Source: Bdellovibrionota bacterium
GTDB taxonomy: Bacteria > Bdellovibrionota_C > UBA2361 > CALJRW01
DNA length: 64,000 bases
Assembly: GCA_041740355.1 (NCBI GenBank)
Contig: JBGSMD010000011.1
Coordinates: 57,462-121,461, forward strand
Direction: 5' to 3'
Position 1 is the stretch's first letter. Every line of letters starts with the position of its first letter. Position numbers and translations under genes: made by a program. Under the pieces are notes generated by a model. That model did no database searches. It was not told the origin of the DNA and saw only the letters and a program-made list of their open reading frames with translations. Below, piece by piece: positions 10,599 through 22,016 of the stretch.

Positions 10599-12293
10599 TT
10601 AATTCTTACGCATCCAATATCCCCAAGGGGTCAGATTATAATTCTGTTGAATATAATTGCTAGCTTCCTTCGACATGGTTCTAAATATTCCTACATTTGT
10701 ATGTAGCTTAGGTGAGGAATGTCCTTTCATTAAACTATCCTCATATTTTTTTATCTCTTCTTTAGATATCATTCTAAGTATTGGTCCGTGTGTGGACCAA
10801 TAATACCATTGATGTTTGCGAAATACTCCGTATACCGGCCAGTGCTCTACTACAAAATCTTCAGTAGAAGTATTTCTCATAACCCATTTAATTTTAGCTA
10901 GGTCTCTTTTATTTGTTATTGTTTTGGATATTTGCATACTCTTTAAATCAGGTGTCTGATAAAAGATAAAGCTACATTGTAATATTGCTACAATCGTAAG
11001 TACTTCTGCCGCTTTTAACCTGAAAACTAATTTGTTGTTAGTCCTCAATGCTACAATATAATTAAGAGTAATTAGGCTTACTTTAACGATATTGTAAATA
11101 ATTGTAGTAATGAAAGTTGCAGCAAAAATTGCAATAAAAGGCAGGAGATATTGGTAGCTTTGCAAATATGGTTCAGGATGAAACCAAAGGCCCACAAAGG
11201 CGCTACTGGCTATTAGCAAAAGTAGTGCATCCTGACGATCTCTTGCTGCCTTAGTCGCACAACAGATACACAAAATTATATATCCAAGTGCTGCCAAATT
11301 AACTGTTAAGTTACTACTTTTCCAAAGTCCATTTAAGTATTTATAGGGATAAAGCTTTGTTTGCCAATTAAAGTTAAAAAATAAATTATAATAATAAAAT
11401 TCGAAGAGTCCGTTATGATAGGCAAAGTATGCCGAGATCCAAATTATTGGAACGATGAATCCAAATGTTGCAGAACATAACTGCAATATTCGTTTTTTAA
11501 AGGTTAGCCCCCAGCGAGGATCGGCTACATACCATATCCAGAATAAAGCCATTCCTGGTCCTACAAATAAAATCTTTTGTGTATGTAGAAGTGCTATCGA
11601 AAGCAGGAAGCCTGCTACAAATAGTAATACCAGATTTAATTTAAATATATTCTGTTTATCTTTAGATTGAATGCTAAAACTAGTTTTCAGTCCAACTAAG
11701 AACAACAAAACTGCTGCTAGATAAAAAGTCACTGCTGGCACATCAGGTCGAACTTCAATCATTTTAGTCCAGAAGTACGGCATATTTGCTAGTAGCGCAG
11801 CCGCAGTTACCCCCACTAAAAGACCTCTTCTACCACCAATCCAAATCCAACCAATTGCGATAACTAATAAAAAAGTACAGGCTACCCAAAGTGACATAAG
11901 TTGTCGCAAGACTATTAATGTTGATTTAGCCGCTTCAAAGGAAAGCTCTGGCTTATAATAAGATAAGACAGGAGCGAGTTGAAAATAGAGCAAAGGTGTG
12001 TGGTGCTCAAAATAATCTCGATATGGCAAATATCCCTTAGAGAGATACCAAGAATTATGAGAATGTTGCAATTCATCCGGATCGAAATATCTAATTTCTA
12101 AAATATTTCTACTTTGTAACCAAGGATGCAGGACTCGTTGATAAAATATAAAAGTGAGTGACAATATAAATAATATTGTTAGTAAGGATTTAATTTTAAT
12201 ATTCATTATAGACAAAAGGCGAGCCATGCGATTTGGGGCTAGTATTAGTGATAGAATGATAGACTCCCATATTCTTTCGCCATCTTCAAGCAT
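10599..12293 (-). CDS. Polytopic GT-C/ArnT-like glycosyltransferase (true start may be downstream)
   Basis: DPDE..H, G.LPYRDYFEHHTPL, EVRPD motifs and many TM helices. Confidence 0.7.
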   Translation of the reverse strand: MLEDGERIWESIILSLILAPNRMARLLSIMNIKIKSLLTILFILSLTFIFYQRVLHPWLQSRNILEIRYFDPDELQHSHNSWYLSKGYLPYRDYFEHHTPLLYFQLAPVLSYYKPELSFEAAKSTLIVLRQLMSLWVACTFLLVIAIGWIWIGGRRGLLVGVTAAALLANMPYFWTKMIEVRPDVPAVTFYLAAVLLFLVGLKTSFSIQSKDKQNIFKLNLVLLFVAGFLLSIALLHTQKILFVGPGMALFWIWYVADPRWGLTFKKRILQLCSATFGFIVPIIWISAYFAYHNGLFEFYYYNLFFNFNWQTKLYPYKYLNGLWKSSNLTVNLAALGYIILCICCATKAARDRQDALLLLIASSAFVGLWFHPEPYLQSYQYLLPFIAIFAATFITTIIYNIVKVSLITLNYIVALRTNNKLVFRLKAAEVLTIVAILQCSFIFYQTPDLKSMQISKTITNKRDLAKIKWVMRNTSTEDFVVEHWPVYGVFRKHQWYYWSTHGPILRMISKEEIKKYEDSLMKGHSSPKLHTNVGIFRTMSKEASNYIQQNYNLTPWGYWMRKN

Positions 12294-12898
12294 AAGTATA
12301 AAGTCATATCAGTATAGTTTTATCACAAAAGCTATACTGATTGACTATACCAAACTCGAAAGTGTATGTAGCGACCCTTAAGGGTCGCTTAGGTAGAGTT
12401 TCGGTAATATAACAATATTGAGGAATATAAAGGTAAGTTCAGCAAGTAAACCCTTTGATAAATTAGAAGTTTATAGTTATACAAGTGAAAATTTTTAGGA
12501 ATAAAAAAAGATCGCTCCAAATTGTTGTTGATTGAAAATTGGAAAGCTCGTTTTGTTAGATACAGTGGAGAATTAACAATAACTTTTTTTGATCAACAAG
12601 CATTTAATATTGCTGCTCCATTAATTAGAGCTTACAAAGAGATCCTTCCACAAGCGGGTCAAAATAACATTGTCGTTAAGGCTTAATTAGCACTTCTTGA
12701 ATCCCGGTAAGATTGTTTATTGGAAAATTTCTAACCCCTTTTGTTCAGTTTGATTTAATACTGGCTATTACTGCATATTTGCGTCTTTACTTCTAATTTG
12801 CAGAAGTAATATAAACTCAATGGGGTAATGCCATAGGATTTTTATACTTGAATTTTACTATAACATAATTGGGTAGTCTAGGAGTTTAATGTAATAGC

Positions 12899-13639
12899 AT
12901 GTGGAGTAGCATGAAAGTATTTTTATTAGTTATCGTAACTATCAGTTGTTTTCTCTATTTAGCCATTAGGGAAGATCCTTCCTCTCTAACCAAAGTTGAA
13001 TATCTTAGCTACATTGTCGATCCAAAGTTACAGGAGTTGAAATTTTTCTCAAGAGATGGAGAAGGCAAAAAACTACTGAGCTTTAAAAGACTTGCTGAAT
13101 ATTTAGTCGCGCAGGATCAAGAATTAGTATTTGCAATGAACGGTGGAATGTTTGAGATGGGTTATACCCCTAAAGGCCTATATGTTGAAGAAAGCCAGAT
13201 TATTAACCCGATAGACCGAACTACAGGACAGTCCGGGAACTTCTACCTTGAACCTAATGGAATTTTTTATTTAACAATAAATAAAGGCGCTGTAATTTCT
13301 AAAACTGAGGATTATATAGATTCGTCAGAAGTTGAATATGCCACGCAATCTGGACCAATGTTGTTAATTGATGGTGCAATTAATCCGCTCTTTAAAAAAG
13401 ATTCCCAAAATTTAAATATTCGTAATGGGGTCGGGATACTTCCAAGTGGACATTTATTATTTGTAATGTCTAAGGGTATGGTTAGCTTTTATGACTTTGC
13501 TAATTATTTTAAAGAGCGGGGGGCTATTAAAGCCTTGTATCTTGATGGTTTTGTATCTAGGGTTTACCAACCGTCAGAAAACTGGACTCAGCAGGACGGC
13601 AATTTTGGGGTGATTATTGCTGAGATTAAAAAACAATAG
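12899..13639 (+). CDS. Phosphodiester glycosidase (NAGPA/YigE-like) family protein
   Basis: FAMNGGMF, GNFYLEPNGIF, ATQSGPML, IRNGVG, ALYLDG. Confidence 0.85.
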   Translation: MWSSMKVFLLVIVTISCFLYLAIREDPSSLTKVEYLSYIVDPKLQELKFFSRDGEGKKLLSFKRLAEYLVAQDQELVFAMNGGMFEMGYTPKGLYVEESQIINPIDRTTGQSGNFYLEPNGIFYLTINKGAVISKTEDYIDSSEVEYATQSGPMLLIDGAINPLFKKDSQNLNIRNGVGILPSGHLLFVMSKGMVSFYDFANYFKERGAIKALYLDGFVSRVYQPSENWTQQDGNFGVIIAEIKKQ

Positions 13640-13643
13640 AGCT

Positions 13644-14015
13644 TTATCTTAGGAAGATGAAGTCTAGAAGAGGAGAGTGGTAGAGAAAAAAGACAAGGTA
13701 TACGCCCACTGTAAAGAATTGTAATCCACAAAGTATCCAAAGATTAGATTTAAAAAATTTCCGAATTATTAAGATTGAAATCAGAGAGAGGATTAAAAAT
13801 ATTGATAAGCAAATTATTATATACGGAAAAGCCCAGGTTCCAGAGTAAGATAGATGAAATGAATCCATTCCATATAAACAGAAATACAATAAAAAGTTAC
13901 AAGAGACGAATAGTAGTAGCCCAGAAAGCCCGCCGAGGAGATACCCTAATTTCTTTCTTTCATTTTTAGAGTTGGAGGTAGGGGATATTTGCTTAGGTGA
14001 GTTTTGTGAAGGCAT
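13644..14015 (-). CDS. Small hypothetical membrane protein
   Basis: 123-aa ORF with three hydrophobic segments, directly downstream of hppA. Confidence 0.55.
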   Translation of the reverse strand: MPSQNSPKQISPTSNSKNERKKLGYLLGGLSGLLLFVSCNFLLYFCLYGMDSFHLSYSGTWAFPYIIICLSIFLILSLISILIIRKFFKSNLWILCGLQFFTVGVYLVFFLYHSPLLDFIFLR

Positions 14016-14054
14016 AGAAAAAAAATACTTGTATTTCTATGCCTTCACAAGAGA

Positions 14055-16283
14055 TTACTCTCTCATCAAGTCACGCTCTACTACTTGAGCAGTAGGAGCT
14101 TTGCTATGGCCATGACCATCGCCATAAATTTGACCTAAGATTGGAGCAATAGCTAAACCTACTAAGCAAGTAAGTTTAATTAAGATGTTCATGGAAGGTC
14201 CAGAAGTATCCTTAAATGGATCCCCAACTGTGTCGCCAGTTACTGCTGCTTTGTGCGCATCAGAACCTTTGTATTCCATCTTACCGTTAATCATAATCCC
14301 TTTTTCAAAAGATTTTTTAGCGTTATCCCAAGCACCACCAGCATTAGACTGGAAGATTGCCCAAAGGACACCACTAACAGTAACCCCAGCCATGTAACCA
14401 CCAAGAGCTTCAGGTCCCATGATGAACCCAACAAGAATCGGAGTGATAATTGTGATTGCACCAGGCATCATCATTTCGCGAATAGCAGCTTTAGTAGAAA
14501 TTGCTACGCACTTATTGTATTCCGGCTTTCCAGTACCTTCTAATATTCCTGGAATCTCACGGAACTGACGGCGAACTTCTTCCACCATGTCCATTGCCGC
14601 ACGACCTACAGCACTCATTGCTAAGGCTGAGAAAACAACTGGAATCATACCACCAAGAAATAATGCTGCTAAAACTTTAGCATCAAAAATATTAATTCCA
14701 TGAATGCCTGTGAATGTTACGTAAGCAGCAAATAACGCCAACGCTGTCAAAGCAGCAGAAGCAATTGCGAAACCTTTACCAATAGCAGCAGTTGTATTAC
14801 CAACTGAATCTAAAATATCAGTACGCTCACGAACTTCTTTTGGAAGCTCACTCATTTCCGCAATACCACCAGCGTTATCAGCAATTGGTCCAAATGCATC
14901 AATTGCTAACTGCATTGCAGTTGTTGCCATCATTGCCGAAGCCGCAATACCAACACCATAGAACCCAGCCATTGCATAAGCTCCCCAGATTGCTCCAGCA
15001 AAAAGTACGATTGGCATCCAAGTAGACATCATCCCAGTAGCAAGACCAGCAATAATGTTTGTCGCTGCACCAGTTGCTGATTGTCTAACAATCGCTAGTA
15101 CCGGCTTAGTTCCAAGGGCAGTGTAATATTCAGTAATAGCTGAAATTGCTCCACCAACTGCAAGACCAATTAATACAGCGTAGAAAACTCTTGTAGATGT
15201 TGTTGCCATATCAACAAACTCGTTCCCTGAGAAAACTGTCATTACAATATTTTCAGGTAACATCCACTTAATTAGGAAGTAAGAAGCTACTGCAGTAAGA
15301 ATTAAAGCAATCCAGTTACCACGATTTAAAGCTCCTTGAACTGCTTTGCCATCAGCGTTGTCATCTTTAACGCTAACAAAGTTCATCCCAATAATTGATA
15401 ATACAATTCCGATACCAGCAATAACTACTGGTAAAAGAATAGGCCCCATTCCACCGAACGCATCAGTGTAGTTAGGATTAGTAATTAAGATATCTCTGAT
15501 TACATAGTTACCAAGAACCATTGAGGCTAATACAGTAGCAACATAAGAACCGAATAAGTCAGCACCCATTCCTGCTACATCCCCTACGTTATCCCCTACG
15601 TTATCTGCAATAGTTGCTGGGTTGCGGGGATCATCTTCCGGAATACCAGCTTCTACTTTACCAACAAGGTCAGCACCAACGTCAGCAGCTTTAGTATAAA
15701 TACCACCACCAACACGAGCAAAAAGTGCTATTGATTCAGCACCAAGAGAGAAACCAGCAAGGGTTTCAAGAATCATAGTCATGTTCTCTACGCCAGACCA
15801 AACACCATTTGATAACCAATAGAAAAGTATGGCAAAAAGTGAGCTAAGACCAAACACGGCTAATCCTGCAACCCCAAGTCCCATCACACTTCCACCGCGG
15901 AAAGAAACTTTCAGTGCTAATGATAAGCTTGAGCGTGCAGCTTGAGTTGTACGAACGTTAGCTTTCGTTGCAATTCGCATTCCGATATTTCCAGCAACTG
16001 CCGAGAACACCGCACCAATTACAAAGGATACAACGATAAACCAATGCGTTGATTCGACCAATGTTGAAAGGTAACCAAGTGTAGCACCAGCAATCACTAC
16101 GAACACCGCTAACACGCGATACTCTGCAGCTAAGAATGCCATAGCACCTTCGGCAATTGCGCTAGCAATCCCTTTCATTTTGTCGTTACCAGCATCCTGC
16201 TTAACAACCCAAGAGGACAAGAATGCCATGTAAACAAGGCCTAGAATCCCAAAAAGAGGGAGAATGTAAATTAATTGAGACAT
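14055..16283 (-). CDS. hppA: K+-dependent membrane-bound ion-translocating pyrophosphatase
   Basis: [64 protein letters not shown]. Confidence 0.97.
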   Translation of the reverse strand: MSQLIYILPLFGILGLVYMAFLSSWVVKQDAGNDKMKGIASAIAEGAMAFLAAEYRVLAVFVVIAGATLGYLSTLVESTHWFIVVSFVIGAVFSAVAGNIGMRIATKANVRTTQAARSSLSLALKVSFRGGSVMGLGVAGLAVFGLSSLFAILFYWLSNGVWSGVENMTMILETLAGFSLGAESIALFARVGGGIYTKAADVGADLVGKVEAGIPEDDPRNPATIADNVGDNVGDVAGMGADLFGSYVATVLASMVLGNYVIRDILITNPNYTDAFGGMGPILLPVVIAGIGIVLSIIGMNFVSVKDDNADGKAVQGALNRGNWIALILTAVASYFLIKWMLPENIVMTVFSGNEFVDMATTSTRVFYAVLIGLAVGGAISAITEYYTALGTKPVLAIVRQSATGAATNIIAGLATGMMSTWMPIVLFAGAIWGAYAMAGFYGVGIAASAMMATTAMQLAIDAFGPIADNAGGIAEMSELPKEVRERTDILDSVGNTTAAIGKGFAIASAALTALALFAAYVTFTGIHGINIFDAKVLAALFLGGMIPVVFSALAMSAVGRAAMDMVEEVRRQFREIPGILEGTGKPEYNKCVAISTKAAIREMMMPGAITIITPILVGFIMGPEALGGYMAGVTVSGVLWAIFQSNAGGAWDNAKKSFEKGIMINGKMEYKGSDAHKAAVTGDTVGDPFKDTSGPSMNILIKLTCLVGLAIAPILGQIYGDGHGHSKAPTAQVVERDLMRE

Positions 16284-16655
16284 AATTTATTTTATAAAAT
16301 ATTGATAATAAAAGACCTGTATGGACTATATAGAATATTAAGTTCAGGCAGTAAGCCTAGAAAAACTGCTGTAATAGACATTTTTTCCAGAATTGCTGAC
16401 TTAATTGATATTAAATAGCTAGGCATAAGTCTTAATTGACGAGCTTTTTTAGCATCTTAAGCCGATCCTGACAACCTTTGTGGATATTTTCCTAATCAGC
16501 TTATTTTCATGTTTTTTATTGTAATTTCATATAGTTGGAAGCGGTCATTATTCGGAGCTTAAATGCTCATTTGAGGATTTGCAATTTTAAATATCGAGAC
16601 ACTGCGAGAGAAACAAACTGACAATCGGAGGGGGGTGGAAGACCACTGTAATTTT

Positions 16656-17078
16656 CTATTTTTCTAATCCGATTCTTTTTCTTCTGCAAAGAAAGACAGA
16701 GGTAGAAAGGCCATGGCAAAACAAGTCATTTTTATCAAGTTCTCGATGCGGTTGTGTGGATTGCTTGACTTCCCATGCAACGCAAATGGAAAAGGCTGCT
16801 ATCGCACAGGCAACTGGCCGCGAGACTAAAGGTGTATTGTTAAATTTGGAAAAATACATTTGTCCCAGATTCAGCATGCTGGCAAGCGTAAATGAATCTC
16901 CAAGATTTGATAAATGATGTCGTATTAATTCTGGGATAACGAAATCACCACTACTAGTTTTTATTAATCTGCAGAGTTGACCAGGGATCACAACATGCCA
17001 ACCATTCCTAATGTCTTTATTAGTACTATCTAAGAGAGCTTTTTCTTCTGGAGAAGGCGGGCTGGCATTTTTGAACAT
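16656..17078 (-). CDS. Hypothetical protein, VanZ-like C-terminus
   Basis: WEVKQ...PHR..D.NDL pattern after a hydrophobic helix. Confidence 0.45.
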   Translation of the reverse strand: MFKNASPPSPEEKALLDSTNKDIRNGWHVVIPGQLCRLIKTSSGDFVIPELIRHHLSNLGDSFTLASMLNLGQMYFSKFNNTPLVSRPVACAIAAFSICVAWEVKQSTQPHRELDKNDLFCHGLSTSVFLCRRKRIGLEK

Positions 17079-17265
17079 GAAAATTTACTTACTTTAATAA
17101 TGCAGTAATTACTGTAATAAATTAGTACTCAAATTAACAAAAATCAACTAATCTTTTTAACTGCTAGTAAGTTAATCTTATATGTGACGCTAGTTAATTT
17201 AATAGCTTATACAAACACTCTGTTTAGAATAGGATGAGTTTACATTTCTACATTGTCACAGAAAC

Positions 17266-20200
17266 ATGAATCAATCGCCAGCTAAAAATCGCTTTGGAAA
17301 AAGTTTTAATTCCCTTTGTTACGCCTTAACTGGTGGAGCCTTTAATGATAATTTTTTTAAGACAGTGTTGGCACTGTTTATTACCAGTACCTACACTGGG
17401 TCAGAACAAACTGCCTTAATTAGTTTAACGGGAGCGATGTTAGTCTTGCCATTTATTCTTTTTTCTCCGTTTGCAGGTTGGTTAGGAGATAAATTTAGTA
17501 AAACAAAAATAACTATCGGAACCAGACTAGTTGAGCCTGTCTTCGTAATCGTAGGTAGTTATTTTTTATTTCAGGGGAATACATTTGCCTTACTAGCTGT
17601 GCTGTTTATGTTTGGAACACAGAGTGCCCTGTTTAGCCCCAGCAAATATGGACTAATTCCTGAACTCTTAAAGAAGGAACAATTATCTGAAGGGAATGCT
17701 TACGTCGAGATTGCCACCTTCGTTGGTATTTTGATGGGTACGATGCTCGCCGGACAAATCCAAGGATTTGAAAGTCGTAATATTATTTCTACAATTATTT
17801 TGTTTGCCGTTGCCTGTGGCTCGGTCTATTTTGCTTTTAGGATCAAAGCACAGCCTGCTGCGAATCCAAATGCTAAATTTGAAAAAAATCCTTTTAGTTT
17901 TTTTTGGAGGACACTTACAGAGCTTAAGCAAGATCGACCCTTGTTTTTAGTACTCTTAGCTAGTGCCTGGTTTTGGTTTGTGGGTGCTTTAGTGCAGCTA
18001 TCAATTTTTATTTATGCCCGCGAGTTTTTAAATGCAACAACCTATCAAACGGGAGTTCTGTTAACATTTATGACGGTTGGTGTAGGACTCGGAAGTTTCA
18101 TAGCAGGTCGGCTGTCACATGGCCGTGTAGAGTTGGGGATAGCACCTGTCGCACTTTTTGGAATGTCGCTCAGTAGTTTTGTTATCGGACTTATACCCCT
18201 AACTTTTTTCTATGCTGTGATTGCTTTTGGAATCCTTGGTTTTTGTTCGGGATTATTTATTGTTCCACTAAATGCTTATTTCCAAATGGCTAGTCCAAAT
18301 GAGCGTAGAGGGGCATACTTAGGAACAGGGAATCTTGTTTTTAATATTGCAATTGTTTTAGCTAGTGTCACTCTGTGGGTTTTTACTGGACTAATTGGCC
18401 TGCCAGTTACATTTTTATATCTAGTAGTAGGCGTAAGTTCCTTAATCTTAATCTCTATGGCATTTCGAGTGATGCCAGTGCTAATTTTTCGTTGTTTTAG
18501 TTGGATACTTTGTAACAGTCTTTACCGGCTAAAAATTATTGGTGAAGATAATATTCCTAAAGTTGGTGGAGCTCTGTTAGTTTGTAATCATATTTCTTAC
18601 CTTGATGCGGTTTTTATTTTAGCAGCAGCAAAACGTCCCGTACGTTTTATTATGTATAAACCTTTTACCGAGTTACCAATAATTGGAAGACTTGTAAAAG
18701 CAATGTCTGTAATTCCAATTAATGAAAATGATGCAACTTCTGAAATACGGAAAGCTTTAAAAGAAGCTAAGGAAGCTATTCAGCAGGGGGAGTTAGTTTG
18801 TATATTTGCTGAGGGGCAACTAACGCGACATGGCAACATGACCGCCTTTCTTCGGGGAATGGAATTAATTACAAGAGGCTTAAGTGAACCGATAATTCCA
18901 ATTCATCTAGATCAAATCTGGGGAAGTATCTTTAGTTTTGAAGGTGGTAAGACAATTTGGAAATTACCGAAGCAGATTCCCTATCCTGTTACGGTCAATT
19001 TTGGAAAGCAATTACCATCTAGTACTGCTTCCTTCCAAGTCCGCCAAAAGGTAGCAACCTTGGGCGTTGATTCATATTATTTAAGAACAATTTATCAGGA
19101 ACGTTTAGATTATCGTTTCTTGCAATCTATTTCGCGATTGCGCTTTAAAAGAATTATGTCGGATAGTTCTGGAAAGAACTTAACAGGCTGTAAATTTTTA
19201 GCAGCAACTTTAGCACTCCGTGAATACTTAAAAAAACATTTGCTTAATCAAACAAATGTGGGGGTACTGCTTCCTAGTGGGATAGTGGCGGCAGAAATTA
19301 ATGTGGCTTTAATGCTAGCAGATAAAGTTGCGGTAAATCTTAATTATACGGCATCGGCTGAAGGTTTAGCTTCCGCAATTAGACAGTCAGGAATTAAAAC
19401 AGTCGTTTCAGCTAATAAATTTTTAGAGACTTTAAAAATTGTATTACCAGAAGATGTTCAATTAATTGATCTCGAGCAAAGTATTTCTGAAATTTCTACT
19501 ACTAGCAAATTGAAATCTTTTGCTACTAGTCTCTTACCACTTTTTGCTTTAAAGCCAATTTTGCTTAATCGCCAAGATTCTTCGCAAGCCACCGCTACAA
19601 TTATTTTTTCTAGTGGAAGTTCTGGAGAACCGAAAGGTGTAGTCTTAAGTCATGCCAATATTAGTTCCAATATTCAAGGTGTCTTTCAGGTAGGGGAGGT
19701 TACAACTAGTGATTCAATGCTGGGGGTTTTGCCATTCTTTCATTCTTTTGGTTATAGCGTAACCCTTTGGTTTCCATTACTAGCCGGTATTCCGGTTGTT
19801 TATCATAATAATCCGATGGACGCTGGAGTTATTGGAGAGTTGGCTGAGAAATATAAAACAACAATGCTACTTTCTACGCCAACATTCTTAGGAGCTTATA
19901 TTCGTAAGTGCAAAGAAGAACAGTTTAAATCCTTACGTCTAGTAATTGTTGGAGCAGAAAAATTACCGGAAGTTACTGCTAATAAATTTGCCGAGAAGTT
20001 TGGGGTTATTCCTTATGAAGGATATGGGTGCACTGAGTTAGCACCTGTGATTAGTTTAAATGTACCAAACCGAGTTGGTGCTTTAATAAATCAAATTGGT
20101 AATAAACCAGGTAAGGCGGGGCATCCACTCCCAAACATTACTATTAAGGTTCTTGATCCTGAAACCAAAGTGGAGCTGGGAGTTAATCAGAATGGTTTAG

Positions 20201-20697
20201 TGCTTGTAAAAAGTCCTAGTGTCATGAAGGGATATTTAAATAATCCAAAAAAGACAGCAGAGGTGATGGAGGGGGATTGGTATATCACAGGTGACATTGG
20301 TAATTTAGATGAAGATGGATTTTTAGAAATTACTGGACGCGTAACTAGGTTTAGTAAAATTGCGGGAGAAATGATTCCGCATGAAGCAATAGAAAGTGCA
20401 ATTTTAACAGCGTTAAATACAAGCGATAAAGTTGTTGCGGTGACTTCTGTCGGGGACGAGAAGCGGGGAGAGAAAATCTGTGTGCTTTATTCTTGCGAAT
20501 TAGTCATTAAAGAAATGATTGAATTTTTAAGTACACAGGGATTGCCCAATCTCTGGATTCCAAAAAAAGATGCTTGGATTAAAGTTGCCGAGATTCCGGT
20601 TCTTGGTAGTGGCAAATTAGATCTTAAAGCCATTTGCCAATTAGCAGAAAATCACGAGCAAAGCTTTAGCAAGAAATCTTCTGAGGGTAATGAATAA
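17266..20697 (+). CDS. aas: MFS-acyltransferase-acyl-ACP synthetase fusion (LplT-Aas type)
   Basis: N-terminal MFS (GAFNDNFFK, FSPSKYGLIPE), acyltransferase NHISYLD/FAEG, AMP-binding FSSGSSGEPKG, YEGYGCTE, TGD, RFSKIAGEM. Confidence 0.93.
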   Translation: MNQSPAKNRFGKSFNSLCYALTGGAFNDNFFKTVLALFITSTYTGSEQTALISLTGAMLVLPFILFSPFAGWLGDKFSKTKITIGTRLVEPVFVIVGSYFLFQGNTFALLAVLFMFGTQSALFSPSKYGLIPELLKKEQLSEGNAYVEIATFVGILMGTMLAGQIQGFESRNIISTIILFAVACGSVYFAFRIKAQPAANPNAKFEKNPFSFFWRTLTELKQDRPLFLVLLASAWFWFVGALVQLSIFIYAREFLNATTYQTGVLLTFMTVGVGLGSFIAGRLSHGRVELGIAPVALFGMSLSSFVIGLIPLTFFYAVIAFGILGFCSGLFIVPLNAYFQMASPNERRGAYLGTGNLVFNIAIVLASVTLWVFTGLIGLPVTFLYLVVGVSSLILISMAFRVMPVLIFRCFSWILCNSLYRLKIIGEDNIPKVGGALLVCNHISYLDAVFILAAAKRPVRFIMYKPFTELPIIGRLVKAMSVIPINENDATSEIRKALKEAKEAIQQGELVCIFAEGQLTRHGNMTAFLRGMELITRGLSEPIIPIHLDQIWGSIFSFEGGKTIWKLPKQIPYPVTVNFGKQLPSSTASFQVRQKVATLGVDSYYLRTIYQERLDYRFLQSISRLRFKRIMSDSSGKNLTGCKFLAATLALREYLKKHLLNQTNVGVLLPSGIVAAEINVALMLADKVAVNLNYTASAEGLASAIRQSGIKTVVSANKFLETLKIVLPEDVQLIDLEQSISEISTTSKLKSFATSLLPLFALKPILLNRQDSSQATATIIFSSGSSGEPKGVVLSHANISSNIQGVFQVGEVTTSDSMLGVLPFFHSFGYSVTLWFPLLAGIPVVYHNNPMDAGVIGELAEKYKTTMLLSTPTFLGAYIRKCKEEQFKSLRLVIVGAEKLPEVTANKFAEKFGVIPYEGYGCTELAPVISLNVPNRVGALINQIGNKPGKAGHPLPNITIKVLDPETKVELGVNQNGLVLVKSPSVMKGYLNNPKKTAEVMEGDWYITGDIGNLDEDGFLEITGRVTRFSKIAGEMIPHEAIESAILTALNTSDKVVAVTSVGDEKRGEKICVLYSCELVIKEMIEFLSTQGLPNLWIPKKDAWIKVAEIPVLGSGKLDLKAICQLAENHEQSFSKKSSEGNE

Positions 20698-20948
20698 ACT
20701 AATTAGGGTAAGTAATTTCTTTAATGAAATAAAAAAGTTTTTCAGCTAATTCAAATCTTGGATTTAGTACGTAGATTAAGGCAATATAGAAAAAAATATC
20801 CCAAACTTTAATAGCTAAAAAACTACAATAATTCTTAACTCTTTGAAAAAACTTTAAGTTATACGAAAATATTGAGAACCCAAAAAAAGGATTTCCGTTA
20901 AGGAAATTTTTTCTTGAGTTTACTTTAATTACTCTCGTTTAATTATTA

Positions 20949-21539
20949 TTATCCGTTTGGAGCTTTATAGGCCCAGCTGCCTTGCACAAAGTAATCACCG
21001 GCAGCACTCGATCTACAGATAACGGCGAAGCCTTCAGTTGTGGCACTGCCATCAAGCTCTTCATGTGTACTAGAATTCCACCCGATAATATTATTAGAGA
21101 TTCCTTCGTACAAACAAAGAAATCCGGCAGCAGCACTTGGATTAGCGGCTGTTCCGGGACAATTTGTCGTAGAGGCATTAAGTGAAACTTTTTCTACTGC
21201 AGGTGTACTTGGAAGTTGGGTTATAAATGAAGTACTGCCATGAGCTAATTCAAAAGCAGTGGTAGCAGTTCCAGCGCAGGAGAAATATCCCACAATTTGT
21301 TGACCACCTTGCAGTGTAGTGGAGAAGTTCCCATCATTTCCAGGATTACCTTGGAACGTATCCGTGCTTAGTAATTGAACGTAACCAGCTGGACAGGCCG
21401 TTGCATTAACTAGAAGTGCATTTTTAAGCTTTACTCGATTATTTTTAACTAAATTATTTTTTTTGATACATAGCAGATCTGCTGAAATTGATGTACTTGT
21501 GAATAATATAAGAAAAATAAAAATAAGGTATTTATTCAT
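20949..21539 (-). CDS. Secreted hypothetical protein
   Basis: Signal peptide, Cys-flanked Lys-rich segment, short GNPGNDG collagen-like remnant, CPGTAANPSAAAGFLCLYE domain. Confidence 0.7.
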   Translation of the reverse strand: MNKYLIFIFLILFTSTSISADLLCIKKNNLVKNNRVKLKNALLVNATACPAGYVQLLSTDTFQGNPGNDGNFSTTLQGGQQIVGYFSCAGTATTAFELAHGSTSFITQLPSTPAVEKVSLNASTTNCPGTAANPSAAAGFLCLYEGISNNIIGWNSSTHEELDGSATTEGFAVICRSSAAGDYFVQGSWAYKAPNG

Positions 21540-22016
21540 AATTTAGTTTGTAAAATAAGATTATTTATCAGGATACTAAAATTAGTATAAAGTTTAACTT
21601 AATTAATCTTCATCACAAAGAATAATTTGTAATACCTTAATCCTAGGATCAGCATATCAGAGCATTTAGAATTTGGAACTAATGATAGTTATTCCAGAAG
21701 ATTAATTATGTATTAATAAAATTGAATAAACTGTTTTTTGTAATAACTATGTGATTTTATTATCCCTCCCGGGGGATAGAAAGCCCCAAAAGTGATTTAA
21801 ATTTTTTTGTAATTCCTAATTGATTGACTATCTATGATGTTTTAGACAATCAAACTTGGATATCCGCCAGATTTATTTTCACCAAATCTATCTATACTTG
21901 CTAGCTTCTTGGAACAAAAGGTATGATTTGCTTAATGCAAATTATAATTTGGACTAGTTTATTAAATTAATTTGAATAAGTATTCGATTAGTTAGTTGTC
22001 GACAGTTAAATAATTT

